A stretch of DNA of 64,000 nt from Mustelus asterias (Eukaryota), in NCBI RefSeq assembly GCF_964213995.1, contig NW_027590385.1, forward strand, positions 186,001 through 250,000. Direction: 5' to 3'. Each line of letters begins with the position of its first letter. The first letter of the stretch is position 1. The translations under genes were made by a program, and so were the position numbers. Shown here in pieces: positions 23,844 through 36,929 of this stretch. The notes below the pieces were generated by a model, which saw only the letters and a program-made list of their open reading frames with translations, searched no databases and had not been told where the DNA came from.

Positions 23844-24235
23844 TCCGCGCTTAATTGATTTTTTTTCAATTAAAACTGCCCTTCATTGACTGGAAAGTGC
23901 TTTGTGACGTCCGCTGGTCGGGATAGGTTCTATATAAATGCAAATATTTCATGATCTTCATTCCAAGTCCTCTGTTACTGAGCCCAGTCAGTGGGAACAG
24001 TCTGTCCCTCCCTGCTGTTTCAAACGGCCCTTTTCCATGTTAGGAGAAGGGATGAACCATTACACCACAACAACACTGTGGGGTAAAATAATAAAATATA
24101 CATGTTTAGATTTGTAAACGATGTCATCATTTGGTCTTTCTGTGTCAGGTTTGGTGAAAATTGAATTGGCGTCTAACTTGCAGCCAACACGCTGTCACCC
24201 TGATTTAGGATGCCTTGTAAGCTCCAGTTGCGTCA

Positions 24236-24252
24236 GTCTCTGTGGCGCAATT

Positions 24253-24285
<33 letters not shown>

Positions 24286-24309
24286 ATGGTTCGAGACCAT
24301 CCAGGGACG
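24236..24309 (+). tRNA. TRNAN-GUU: tRNA-Asn(GTT)
   Basis: 74-nt cloverleaf; T stem GATGG/CCATC is a compensatory change relative to the usual GGTGG/CCACC; long T-run terminator. Confidence 0.94.
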
Positions 24310-26344
24310 GGGCTTTCAGTTTTTTTTCCTCTCCATCTGCTTTCATTGTCTCTCGGTTTTTGAGTGTCACTGAGTCCTTGGGCAACATTTAAAAAAAACT
24401 TATCGTGTGTTTCTGCCTCTACTGTTAGCCGACGTTAGTTTATTGAACATTTATCTCTGACATATTATGTGTAACAATTTATATATTTCAAAAATTATTA
24501 AACTCAATAACTGAACTCGAAACTTTAACCCATGTTTGATCTTGGGTTTCCATTTTCCTGCCCATTCCTCTTCTTTCTCAGATAGATCAGGAATCTGTCT
24601 GTCCCAACCTGAAATGTGTTCAATGAGGGAAATACACAGCAAGTCGGCAAAGATCAGTGGAATGAGGACTGAGTTAAACTTTCACCAGAATGCTGCTTTT
24701 ATAATTGAAAAGTCCTGAGATTGAGAGCAGTGAGTTCACATTTGAGGCGTTTCAGTTCTTTGAGAGACGAATGCCTGCCGTGTTTTACAAGGTAAGTTTT
24801 CACAGGATCAGTAATGATGAGGTTGGTGGGTTTTGGAAATTGAAAGTTACACGTGAACAGCTTGTGGGACTATTTCATTTATCATTGCCGTCTTGCCGTT
24901 TTATGTTCTGAAAAAACCTGTATTTATAATACAAGCATGAGATGGTGGAAATTCTCAGCAGGTTTGGCAGAATCTGTGCACACGCATCAAATTCTAAACA
25001 CTTCCATGTGTCACCTGTGTTCCTGAAGTATACTGATCCTTGGGTTCAAAAAAAGTTGATAAAAACTTTTCAAAGCAGCTGCCCCATCTCTAAGCGTTAT
25101 TACATATCAAGGAATCACATTATCTCACAGCCATGTGGCATTTACACTCCCCCAAAGCTTGAATAATATTCTGCAACTGCATTCATGGAGAAAGAGATAA
25201 AATTCGGGACAAATGTTATTTTCTGAATCTTATGTTAGATCAATGACTCTGCCACATGGCTGAAGTTTGCAACCGAATTATATTTCAACAAAACAAGGAT
25301 TTAAATTGCAATCAGACTGCACTGTTTGATATTCTCGGCCGGTCACATTAGTCATGAGCAGAGTTTCTGGATTGTAGGAGTTAACATGTTCATTTCATAT
25401 ACGATGAGTTCCCCGATTTAAAATAAGGTCGAAACATTATCGAAATTAATATTTTTTTGAATTTTCTCCGATTCTTGATCGCTGTTGAATATGAACTGGA
25501 TTGGAGCAGACAAAATGTAAATTTGTTCTTCACCATTTATTGAAAAAAAATACCCTCAGCAAAGTCGCCGCTGGCATTCTGTTGCTTTTCTGCTTCCACT
25601 GTCACACTCACGATGCAGCTGATGCAGGCTGATGGATTTGCCATGGCAAATGAGTGATGTTCCGGTTCGACAGTGGCAAAAGTGCCTCAGTAAGGTACTC
25701 TGGGCGTACATTTTCTGGTTAATGTTTCAGCCATTCATGACTGAGATATGGAGATATTTCTTCACTCCAAGGCTTGTGAATCTTTGGAATTCTTTGACTT
25801 GTTATTGTCACATGTATTAGCATACAATAAAAAGTATTGTTTCTTGCGCGCTGGACAGACAAAGCATACCGTTCATAGAGAAGGAAACGAGAGAGTGCAG
25901 TTTGTAGTGTTACAGTCATAGCCGGGATGCTAGAAATTGAATTGAAGCATTGTGAGAGAGTTTAAAAGAGTTAGAATGAAGTTTTAGAAGCATAGAACGA
26001 GAGTAAAAGATAGAGTTAGAAGGTATGCTGGGCACAGCTTCCAAGAGTTCGCCTCGCTCGGACGCCATCTTGCATCAATTCTGTAGCGGCACAGAGGTCT
26101 GTGAATCTTCAGTTGATGAAGACTTTGAAGGTTGAGGTGGAGAGTTGTTGGAATCTAAGTGAATGAAGGGCTGTTGGTATAAGCTGGGAAATTGGGATTG
26201 AGGCTGTGGATCTGCCTTGATTCAGTCATGGAGGAGGCTCAATGGTTCATGTGACCCAATTCTACTCCATTGATGCTGTTCATTGGCAATACCAGATACG
26301 GCATCAATAGGTTCTGCTGGTACCATTGATGAGCTCAGGGCAGT

Positions 26345-26555
26345 AATGATGTGGAGTTTCCGGCGCTGGACTGGGGTAGGCACAGTAAATAATCTCACAG
26401 CACCAGGTTAAAGTCCAACAGGTTTATTTGGTAGCACAAGCTTTCGGAGCACGCCCCTTCATCACGTGAGTCACCTGATTCGGACAGTGCTCCGAAAGTT
26501 CGTGCTACCAAATAAACCTGTTGGACTTTAACCTGGTGCTGTGAGAGAACTGACT
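26345..26555. mobile_element. Palindromic non-autonomous Penelope-derived element
   Basis: Two inverted copies of the PLE end (26393-26452 vs 26487-26546); GGGCAGT on both flanks. Confidence 0.75.
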
Positions 26556-26731
26556 GGGCAGTGATAGTAGTTGAAGCGTGTGATCGAATCTCATCACCGC
26601 TATATGTCCAGTTCCTTAACTTTATGAAATACCTTTGTTATCACACAAATTCCAATGGAACGCAAATGTAAATTATTGTTTGCAATTGATGGGTTTGTGG
26701 AACCAGTTTCCTTGAATCATTGCATCGCAAT

Positions 26732-26803
26732 GTCTCTGTGGTGCAGTGGTTGTCACATTCGCCTTACACACGAAAGATCCCTGGTTTGATCGCGGCAGAA
26801 ATA
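26732..26803 (+). pseudogene. tRNA-Val pseudogene (anticodon reads TAC)
   Basis: TTCGC-CT TAC AC-ACGAA arm; degenerate T arm. Confidence 0.75.
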
Positions 26804-26814
26804 CTTTCATCATA

Positions 26815-27025
26815 AACAGAAAAGGTTGGAAGGTCTGAAGAGACATGACAGCATCTGTGGAGAGAGGAAAGAGCCAACTTTCAAGTCTGGATGACCCTTC
26901 GTCAGAGCTCCGGACTCGAAACGATGGCTCTATTCTCTCTCGACAGCTGCTGTCAGACCTGCTAAGATTTTCCAGCATTTTTCTATTTTTGTTTCAGGTT
27001 CCAGCATCCGCAGTATTTTGCCTGC
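26815..27025. mobile_element. Palindromic small repeat with hammerhead-like core (second family)
   Basis: Inverted TGACAGCATCTGTGGAGAGAG / CTCTCTCGACAGCTGCTGTCA arms; minus-strand CTGACGA...GAAA at 26872-26909. Confidence 0.6.
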
Positions 27026-27936
27026 ACAAAAAAAAACAAAAGCTTTTAATTTCAGAGGGATTCGACTACTGGAATTATTTGCGCGTTTGTCACTAAACAT
27101 GAACTGACCGACTGAGTATTCCCAGTATTTTCTGATTGTAAAGTGAGGAATCACTCAGCGAAAGGGGAAAAAAAAGGATTTTTGTGATAGGGCACAAAGC
27201 AGGATGGATTACATGACACCATGAATGGTGGAAAAGACAACATCGAGGAAGTGATGGTGGAGCCTGGGTGGTCTAGTGGTTCAGAGTCAATGTTTCCATA
27301 GCTATGGCCCGGAATTGATGATAAACTGTTAACTAAACAGAGCGCTTTGCTCAGCACGGACTGAATTTCTGGAGATGAAAGTATCTGAACATAAAGGAAG
27401 AAGGCATAATTTGCTTCAGTTGGTCATAAGATGTTAGAATGACTGTGTGACAATGTCAGTAGCGAAAGTGACTTGAAATGAAGCGGTGGAGACAGAGATG
27501 GTTATCAAAGAATTTCAAATCTCTGATATTAGCTTCCCTGGCGTGCCGTGGTCAGGTTTCATCGCCATGTTCCACGTTGGAGTACCAGGCAAGTAGCGAA
27601 TAACTTCTTATTTAACTCTTCATTAAACGAAAGCACGCCTCACAGTGTCTGTTAAGGGAGAAACAAGATCAATCTTCAGCTGTATGAATTGTATTAGAGC
27701 CGGAAAAATCAGAGATGTAACAATACAAACTCTGAAGAAGAATGACACGGCAGACATTTATCACAAAAACAACTGACACACATGTCAAATTCTTCCTCTT
27801 TCAAGTCTCATCGATTGACGCCTTGTTCTCCACCTCGGATATTTCCACATCCATCAAATATCACCCACCTGAAAATTCAATCTCTTCTTCGCTCCACTGA
27901 TGATGATACACCAACTCCACGCTGGGCGCAGGAATT

Positions 27937-27956
27937 GGCTCCATAGCTCAGTGGTT
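27937..27956 (+). pseudogene. 5' fragment of tRNA-Thr
   Basis: GGCTCCATAGCTCAGTGGTT in the module's Thr flanking context, truncated next to a SINE. Confidence 0.65.
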
Positions 27957-27974
27957 GCATCAGTTGGACAGTTT

Positions 27975-28262
27975 AAAGTTTATTTATTAGTGCCACAATT
28001 AAGCTTACTTTAACACCGCAATGAAGTTTCTGTGACAATTACGTCATCGGCAGAACCGCCACCTTCTCGGGTAAATTGACAGCTAATTTAGCATGGCCAA
28101 TGTACCAAACCAGCACATCTTTCACTGTGGGAATAAGAAGGGGCACCCGCAGGAAACCCACGCAACACGGAGAAAGCATGCAGACTCTGCACAGACAGTA
28201 ACCAATGCCGGGAATTGAAACCGGGCCCCTGGCGCTGTGAGGCATCAGTGCCACCATGTTGC
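27975..28262 (-). mobile_element. Old V-SINE
   Basis: Reverse V-domain (GGAAACCCACGCA...TGCAGACTCTGCACAGACAGT) and tRNA head (GGAATTGAAACC). Confidence 0.75.
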
Positions 28263-29342
28263 CCAGAAAGATCTTATCTTGTTCATAAACGGAGAAAGAG
28301 CAGACAATGTTTGTGAAGGTGACCTAGTTCTTTTTTAATTGATTAGAAATGGGTGTCGCTGCCGGCCAGCATTTATTGCCCATCCTGGTTGCCCTGGGAC
28401 AGTTAGGATCAAACACTTTGCTGCAGCTCTGGAGTCAGTGTAGGCCAGGCCGGATAAGGGACGGCAGGTTTCCTTCCGTAAAGCACATTACCGAACTCAA
28501 TGTTTGTTTTTCCGACAATCGACAATGGTTTCATGGTCATCAGTAGATTCTTAATTCCAGATAGTTTTTATTGAAAAACAATTCTACAACGTGCCGTGGC
28601 AGGATTCAAAAGCGGGGCCCATAAAATTGGATGAGTTTCTGGATAAATAATCTCACGATAATATCACCAGGCCATCGTCTTTCCTAATATAAGCGTTTGT
28701 CTTGAGAGATTTGGGTGTGTTTGTACAAGGAACGCAGGAAGATAGCATGGTGGTGCAGCAAACAATAGGAAGGGAATAGCATTTTGGTTTTTATTGCCAA
28801 CAGATTGCTGTATAAGAATAAAAACACCAATTTACATTTATACAGGGTTTTGTTGGGAGCAAGTGTGAAATATTCGGTGCAGTTCTGATATCGACAATGC
28901 TTTTTATTTTCGAAAAAGGCTACCCTTCCATCGGAGACGGTCCACTGGGTAGGTTCCTGTGATGAGAGAGTTCTCCTGGGATGAGAGGCTGTGTAAATTG
29001 CGCTGAAATTCCCTGGAGTTTAGAAGACTGAGAGACAATTTTATTGAACCTACAGAATACTGAGACATTGTTTCCCAGTCTCAGATGAGGACTCATCGGA
29101 GAACTGACACACAAACACATCCAGCCAAGACTCTAATTCTTAACTTTAATTGCATATTTGAAATGAATATATATTATACCATGTGATATGGATGATATGA
29201 ATATTCATTAAATAAATAATGTTGACAACACCTGACAACAGTCGAGCGGCAACACTTGAGAAATATTTTTATTGTTGCCTCTATTCACAAGCCGGAACTG
29301 CACGACAATGAATGCTTATGGGGAAAATAAAAGTACAACCAC

Positions 29343-29415
29343 CGCCTCTGGATGGTACTGAGCCACCAAACATTTGCTTAAAGTCGAACGCAATAACGAA
29401 TTCCGCCACTTAGAC
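29343..29415 (-). pseudogene. tRNA-Asn pseudogene
   Basis: Degenerate reverse complement of Asn; flank is an inverted paralog of the 24236 flank. Confidence 0.6.
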
Positions 29416-29792
29416 GAAGACACACTATATTAGGGTGTCAGCAAGTGCTGTTATATATCCAACCCCAATTCTCTTTTTTAAAAACATAGTCGAGAACTAC
29501 AACATGACCACATCGTTTACAATACTATGCAAACCCCTTTGACTACTTTACCCCCCACAGTGTTGCAGCGATTTAGGGGTTTCCCGCTTCTCCCAACATG
29601 GGAAAGGGCCGTTTGATAGAGCAGAAAGGGACAAACTGTTTCTATTGACGATTGTCAGTAACCAAAAATTGGGACTGAAGATAATTTATGAAAGATCGAA
29701 TTGTATTTATGCGACGCCTTTCCCGGTTGGTGGACGTCACAATGCGCTTTGCAGCCAAAGAAAGACAACCACAATCGAAGCTAAGACAAAGA

Positions 29793-29864
29793 AGGGGGCA
29801 CTCGGATTTGAACCGAGGGCCGTTTGATCTGCAGTCAAATGCTCTACCACTGAGCTACACCCCC
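29793..29864 (-). tRNA. TRNAC-GCA: tRNA-Cys(GCA)
   Basis: GGGGGTGTAGCTCAGTGGTAGAGCATTTGACTGCAGATCAAACGGCCCTCGGTTCAAATCCGAGTGCCCCCT; all stems pair. Confidence 0.92.
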
Positions 29865-31003
29865 TCAGCTGCGAACTGGTGCTCGGGATCCAGCATAGTC
29901 TTATTAAGTGGTGGAGGGGGTTCCAGTGGTCAGACTGCATCACGCTTTGTCTCAGAGTTACTGGTTTCTGAGTGAAGTCGGAGAGCTCAGCGTTTAAGTT
30001 AGCGAGATGTTTTCTTGTAATTTGGCTGAGATTTGGATCCAGGTCTGGGAGATGTTTGTGTCAATCTATCCGATAAAATCAACCCCATTTGTCATGCAGA
30101 TTTGAACTTGTATCCCCATCTCTATTGGCAGCGCTTTGCAGCCTATCATTGTCCTTCACTATCTGTGTTTGTTCTTGAACTGTTGCCCATGTGACATTTC
30201 CAATTCGGACACAAATATAGATCTAACTCCACTGCTTCTGACAGAGCTGTTTTCGATCAGGAAACAACTCAGGTCTCTTACATGGATTATCAAAAACTTT
30301 CAATCTTAGCATATTGAAGCCGATCAATGACCCTGAAAGCGCCAAATCCGAAGCACTGGACCACGAGGATTTCATTCTCCTGGTTCTCCCATAGACTGAA
30401 TACAGGGAATTCCACAGTGCCAATTATTCACAGTCGCATTCTCCTTCCAGTCTTGTACACGTTGTTCACCTTTGAAAGTATTCATCTTTTCACATTAGCT
30501 TCCAGTGTGATGAAAGCAGATCAGTGATGAGCTGAAGTTTTTCAACAGATTACCACAATAAGGTTTATAACAAACATTACTCTTTGAATGTGGTGAGCTA
30601 CAGTGAAATTTAATGCAGTAGAAGGTAACTCACTCATTCTGATAGTTGGTACCAGCAATTGCAATGTAAATATGATGTCGAGATACCGGGTTGGACTGGG
30701 GTGGGCACAATAAGAAGTCTCACAGCATCATGTTAAAGTCCAACACGTTCATTTGCTTCGATAATAAAATCAATTTGCTTTATTTGATCAGCGCCCCGAA
30801 AGCCCCTGACTCCAAATAGACCTGGTGTTGTAAGACTTCCTAATGTAAATATGAATTGTTGTGGGTAATGGACAGGATTGTGGAATGGGGCAGATTTTTT
30901 CTTCTTCCTGTTCAACCTGCCACAAGTATCTCTCCCGTTTTCGACCAGGAAGCAACATCCAGTCTCCTTAATTCATGTGTTGCACGAGAGCAATGAATCA
31001 TCA

Positions 31004-31075
31004 TTCCCTACCCGCGAATCGAACCCAATCCGTGGCAGTGAAAGCAGCGAATTCTAGCGACGAAACCAACACGGA
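31004..31075 (-). pseudogene. tRNA-Glu(TTC) pseudogene
   Basis: Paralog of 11817; anticodon CT TTC AC readable. Confidence 0.75.
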
Positions 31076-32624
31076 AATTGAAGTGACCTGAGCATTATTG
31101 AGCAATTGTGGGCGTGTGTGCGCGTGTGTGATTTGGGAGAAAGGTCACGTGCTCTCAGGTAATCCCTGATGAATGAAGCCTCCGACCTCGTTATCGCTGA
31201 GCTTTTTGTGTTCTTGAGCAATCGGCCTCTGAAGCTGATGCAATGAGGCCAGGAGAGTAACTCACTGCACCGTCTGCAATGTGATTGCGGTGCGATTTGT
31301 TGAAAGCTGTTAATTTTATAAAAATAATCTTTTTGCGAATTGCAAATGAAATGCCCTTCAGTACCCGGTAAGAATTCGCACAACACCAAGTTAAAGTGCA
31401 ACAGGTTTGTTTGAAATCACGAGCTTTCGGAGCACAGCTCCTTCATCACTCACGCTGAGGATTCACCACATTTTTCTGTCTTTGAATGAAAGCAATAGAT
31501 ATCTCGTCAGTTCCCCGGTATCCTGAGTGTACGACACTGATTTCCACAGTACACTGCTTTAAATGTTTGTTTTCAATGTGAAATTAAGTGCTTTGATTGC
31601 ATGTGAAGAATTTAAACTTACACTCTTCCGGGAAGATGGTGACATAGTGGTAAAATCAGTGGAGTATGAATCCTGTGGCCCAGGCTCACAGGTCACGATC
31701 CCAAAGCAGTCTAGAACTGAAACGGAAGTGAAAGCTAGTCTCCGTAATGAAGCTTTGTTTTCTGATTGTCATGAAAACATATCTTGCAGAAGGAAATCTG
31801 CCATCCTTCTCCTTTCTGGCCTCCATGGGACTCCAGAGGAAAGGCAATGTGATTGACTCTTAACTGCCCTCTGAAATGGCCCAGCAAAATACCCAATTCA
31901 GAGGGAAAGAGGGATGGACAACAAATGCTGGCATTGACAACAAAATATATATTGCATTAGCAGCATTTTATGAAATGATTAATTCTCATTTTGTTTCATT
32001 TCATGTGAAACAGGGTGATATATTCCAGTGTCTTATTATTTAAAACCTCAACCTTTCAACAGTTCAAACAGGTAAGATTCAGTCAGAGAAAAGTGAACCA
32101 CTGTGATCCAAAACTAGGTTTTGTAGTTGCTCCGTATCCCACCTCAAAACAGAAAATGTTGGAAGGACTCATCGGCTTCAAGAGCTTCTGTGGAGAGGGA
32201 AAGAGAGTGAATGATTCAGGATGCTGACCTTTGACCCTAACTGGAAAAAAGTAGTGATTTAATGATTTTCAAACAAGTCCAGAGTCAAGGAAAATAGAGA
32301 GGGAGAGGAGGAAAGAACAAACGGTATTTTGATCGGATGGAAGGCTGGAGTGATTGAATTACAATGGAGGTGATTATTGTTCCCACTGACACAATCTCGC
32401 AGATCTGGGTTTGAATCTCATAATAAATGAGAACAAAACCTCTCTCGGAGTTCAGCGCTAAACTCCCCGCCTTCCAGTGAACCGGAGGCAATTTTCAGTC
32501 ACAAACCGAAAACTGTGAGAAAAACAACGTAGAAAGAAGAAAGACTCAGTTGGAGCGGTGACACTTCAGGAAGAACGGAGATCGGGAATTCACCCAGGAA
32601 TGAGGCAAAGTTTGAAACCAATGT

Positions 32625-32697
32625 CGCCCAACGTGGGGCTCGAACCCACGACCCTGAGATTAAGAGTCGCAGGCTCTACCGACTGAGCTAGCCGGGC
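32625..32697 (-). tRNA. TRNAK-CUU: tRNA-Lys(CTT) variant
   Basis: Canonical except A26>C and a C:T mismatch in the anticodon stem. Confidence 0.8.
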
Positions 32698-33525
32698 ACA
32701 TGTACTAAGCTGCTTTCCATAACCTAAAAAGAATGGAGACAACTATGGATTTTTCATCTGGTGTGTCAGCTTGTTCTGATTTCAAAGTTGACAATGAATC
32801 CACCGACAGAATCCCCAAAGTTCCTGTCCATTCCTCTCAATCATTAATTACATTATTCACATCTTCCAATTCTTAGCTTCGCCTCTCCCAAACATTCCAA
32901 ACTCCTCTTACATCATTCACCTTATTATTCTTTGTTCTTAATAATTTAGCCAGGGGTGGGGGGAACTCAACATTTACACTGTCAAACTGTTTCCCAGTTT
33001 CCGACTTTTCAGTAAGATCAACCCTGATAATTCTAAACTGCAGAGCGAACAGACTCATCCCACTGATTCTCTCCTCCCAGGAGAAACGGAGAAATCAATC
33101 CAGTGAACCTCGGTTACACACAGACAGCTAAATAATGGACAGAGCAAGGAGCAAAAGATGTCAACGTAATAAAAACATAGACAGAGAGACTGAGGGAGAT
33201 ATATAGAGACAATGAAAAACAGAAATAGCGAGTGCGGTACACATCCACAACCCACGAATGAATAACAATAGACACACAGCCAGCTGTCTCAACCAACAAA
33301 CATGGGGTCCTCTAAACTGGTGACCAGAGATGAAGTGAATGGCCACAAGCATATTAACCTTTTAATGTCTTGATTTTCTTGTGTGAGTGTTGTGTTGATA
33401 GATTGCCTGCACTGTGTGATCAGGTTCTCAAACCAAATCCCACGTAAACCAATCCCAACGTTTGCACTGCAAATACATTTATAAAACCTATGACTTGTCC
33501 AATACGAAACAACAGCTGATTGAGG

Positions 33526-33615
33526 GATCTAGCCCGACTTGTGAACCCGAGATCGCTCACACGTTTGTGGTTGTTTACTCCCCAGGCCCGAGTAATACCC
33601 CTCGTCCAACGAGCC
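33526..33615 (-). pseudogene. tRNA-Pro pseudogene with 18-nt intron remnant
   Basis: Paralog of 14339. Confidence 0.7.
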
Positions 33616-35275
33616 GCTGCTGAGGATGTTGTTCAATAAAAATATTTCCATTGACATCCAAAGCTGCTCAGACTTCTGCAGTGAAAGGTGAAAATGCTGG
33701 AAAAACTCAGAAAGCCAGACAGCTTGTGTGCACAGGAAAACAAATCTTATATTTTAGCACCATAACCTTTCATTGGGAAGAACTGGGAATTTCTAGAAAT
33801 GTAAGAAGTTTTAAACAAGTGTTATCCAGCAGCATAACAAGAGGGTTTGAGGCCTCTTGCGGGTGTAAATCAGGAGAGATTAAATGAGGGAAACAAAGAA
33901 TTTTAAAGTAATTAAACCACAAAATGGGGCCATTCCTCAGTCCCTTACAGGACGCAGTTGTGGTGAGGATGAAGGGGAACCTGTGGATGTAATGTACGTA
34001 GATTACATTGGAGCCACAGTGATGAGTTGGTGGGTTTTGAAAATTGAAAGTTACACTTAGGAACATAGAATTAGGAGCAGAAGTGGGCAAATTCACCCCT
34101 TCGAGCCTGAACCGTCATGCAATCAGTTCATGATTGATCTCTCCCTGTTCTCAAATCCACCTCCCTACCTGTTCCAATATCCCCTCATCCCTTGACTTAT
34201 CAGGAATATATCTGTCTCTTTCTTGAAATCATTTAATGATTCAGACTCAACCCTGCTATGGGGCAATGCATTCCACAAATTCATGACCCTCAGTGAGAAG
34301 CAGTTCCTCCTCATCTCAGTTTTAAATCTACCACCTCTCAACCTATACATTTGACATGGTGTTCCCGATTGCGCATAAGAAAAAAGATTTTACTTTCTTC
34401 AATCCTATTTAGAATTTTATATACCACGATCACTTCAGCATATTGTGGGACTATTTCACCTCACTGTCGATTTCATGTCCCAGCAAGCACAATTGGTGTT
34501 GTCATTAGATGAAGCAGTCACTTATGTTCCACCCAAACTGGGCACATTAAGGGATATATGGTAAGTCATTTTGAAAAACACAGTTCACCCGTGACCCTGG
34601 GAGTCCAGTGGGTTGTATTCAGTACTCCCCAGTGTTGTTTGTTTTCAATTCCCGCTCAGGAAACGATCATTTATAGGTCTCAGCAAACTATTAAAAAATA
34701 ACCTGATTGACTATCTGATCGAAAGCAGATCTACTGATATCAGCCGAGTGAGTTTTGCAAGTCTACATCACAGCTGGAAATGTCACATGTGCAACAGTCA
34801 AGAACAAACACAGTAGCAGAAAGATAGTGATAGGCTGCAAAGCGCTGACAATTGAGATGGTGATGGAAGGTAACATGTGGATGGTAAAAAGTTCAGAATT
34901 TGGCGTTCACACTGAATTATTCACCTTTCCCCTCACTCTGCAACGAAAATATTTGGAAAAGGTTCTCTCTCGTTTCAAACAGTCGAAAGTGGAATTAATA
35001 ACTGTAAGTGGAATGTCTGTTGTATGTTGTCACTGATTGAATGTATCACTGGGATGGAAACAGAAGGTGCCATATTGCAACAGAGACTTGCTTGTGGTGA
35101 ATGTAGTCTGGCCTGGCGCGAAAAATAAAGCAATACATGCAGTGTGTGTAAAGCAAGTTGTAAAACAGGCGAAAAGCAGCTGGTCTGGTGGTCAGAGATT
35201 GACACTTTCACTGCTGTTTGGATTGGTGGTCAGGTAATGGACATTTGTTGCTCTCATCCAAACCGTAAAAACAAA

Positions 35276-36520
35276 ACAAAGAACAAGAACAAAGAACAAT
35301 ACAGCACAGGAACAGGCCCTTCGGCCCTCCAAGCCAGCGCCGCTCCCCGGTCCAGGATTGAATCCTGAATCCCCGCCCAATTTTCCAGCCTATCTACATA
35401 CTAATATCCTATCCACCGAGCTGTCCCTCACAGCTATGATGCTTTGTTCATCACAACCTATTAACTCACCCCTACCCCCCCATTCCAGACTATGTGATCT
35501 CCAGGGAGAGGCGAAAACCCAGAGTGAAAACCCCAGGGCCAATATGGGGAAAAAAAATCTGGGAAATTCCTCTCCGACCCCCTGAGGCGATCGAAACGAG
35601 TCCAGGAGATCACACTGGCCCTGATCTGAAAATGCTTCCCAACCCTATTCATTTCCACTTCCACGAACACCATATGAATTCCCTGCCCCCGAGACAGGTT
35701 CCCAACTATCCGCAGTCTCGCTCTGTACTGGCACCAGCAAGTTGATCATAGAATGAAGCCTTGAAACGAGAAACAAAGAACAATTAGCCCGCGCCGCTCC
35801 CTGGTCCAAACTAAGCCACTCTTTTGTATCCCTCCATTCCCACTCCGTTCATATAGCTGTCTAGATAAGTCTTAAACGTTCCCAGTGTGTCCGCCTCCAC
35901 CACCTTGCCCGGCAACCCATTCCAGGCCCCCACGACCCTCTGTGTAAAATATGTCCTTCTGATATCTGTGTTAAACCTCCCCCCCCCCCTTCACCTTGAA
36001 CCTATGACCCCTCGTGAACGTCACCACCGACCCGGGGAAAAGCTTCCCACCGTTCACCCTACCTATGCCTTTCATAATTTTATACACCTCTATTAAGTCT
36101 CCCCTCATCCTCCGTCTTTCCAAGGAGAACAACCCCAGTTTCCCCAATCTCTCCTCATAACCAAGCCCCTCCATACCAGCAACATCCTGGTAAACCTCCT
36201 CTGTACTCTTTCCAAAGCCTCCACGTCCTTCTGGTAGTGTGGCGACCAGAACTGGACGCAGTATTCCAAATGCGGCCGAACCAACGTTCTATACATCTGC
36301 AACATCAGACCCCAACTTTTATACTCTATGCCCCGTCCTATAAAGGCAAGCATGCCATATGCCTTCTTCACCACCTTCTCCACCTGTGACGTCACCTTCA
36401 AAGATCTGTGGACTTGCACACCCAGGTCCCTCTGCGTCTCTACACTCTTTATGGTTCTTCCATTTATCGTGTAGCTCCTCCCTACATTATTCCCACCAAA
36501 ATTCATCACTTCGCATTCAT
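35276..36520 (-). mobile_element. Young CR1 LINE, 5'-truncated, extended 3' UTR
   Basis: ORFs 36105-36509 and 35971-36174 (frameshifted); (TTCTTTG)n tail; absent from paralogous site near 16085. Confidence 0.95.
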
Positions 36521-36847
36521 CAAAAGTCAGTTATTGCCTTGTGGAACATATAAAACACAATCTCGCCTCATGTCCTGAAGTGAAGACTGAGCAAATTCAA
36601 CAGGAGGTTTTTTCTTGTCATTTCTGGCAGGATAGTGGGAACCAGACAAGGTTAAGGGCAGTTTAAATGGTGCTGGTCCTTCACTGCAGCTCATTCTGTT
36701 TCTGACTGGATGTGATTCCTGCTTGTTACAGAGTTCAGGATCAATTGATTCAATAAAGGAGCAGGCTCAAGCCGACTGATGGACTGTCGCAGCTCCATTG
36801 CTGCTAATTTCAATAACGATACCAGTAAAGGACACAGCTGCTTCCGT

Positions 36848-36929
36848 GGTAACGTAGCCGAGTAACCTAAGCCAGTGGCTGAAGGTCCAGTCTCTACGGA
36901 GTTGTTGTGTTCGACTGCAGCCACTGCCA
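36848..36929 (+). pseudogene. tRNA-Leu pseudogene
   Basis: Paralog of 16413. Confidence 0.7.
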
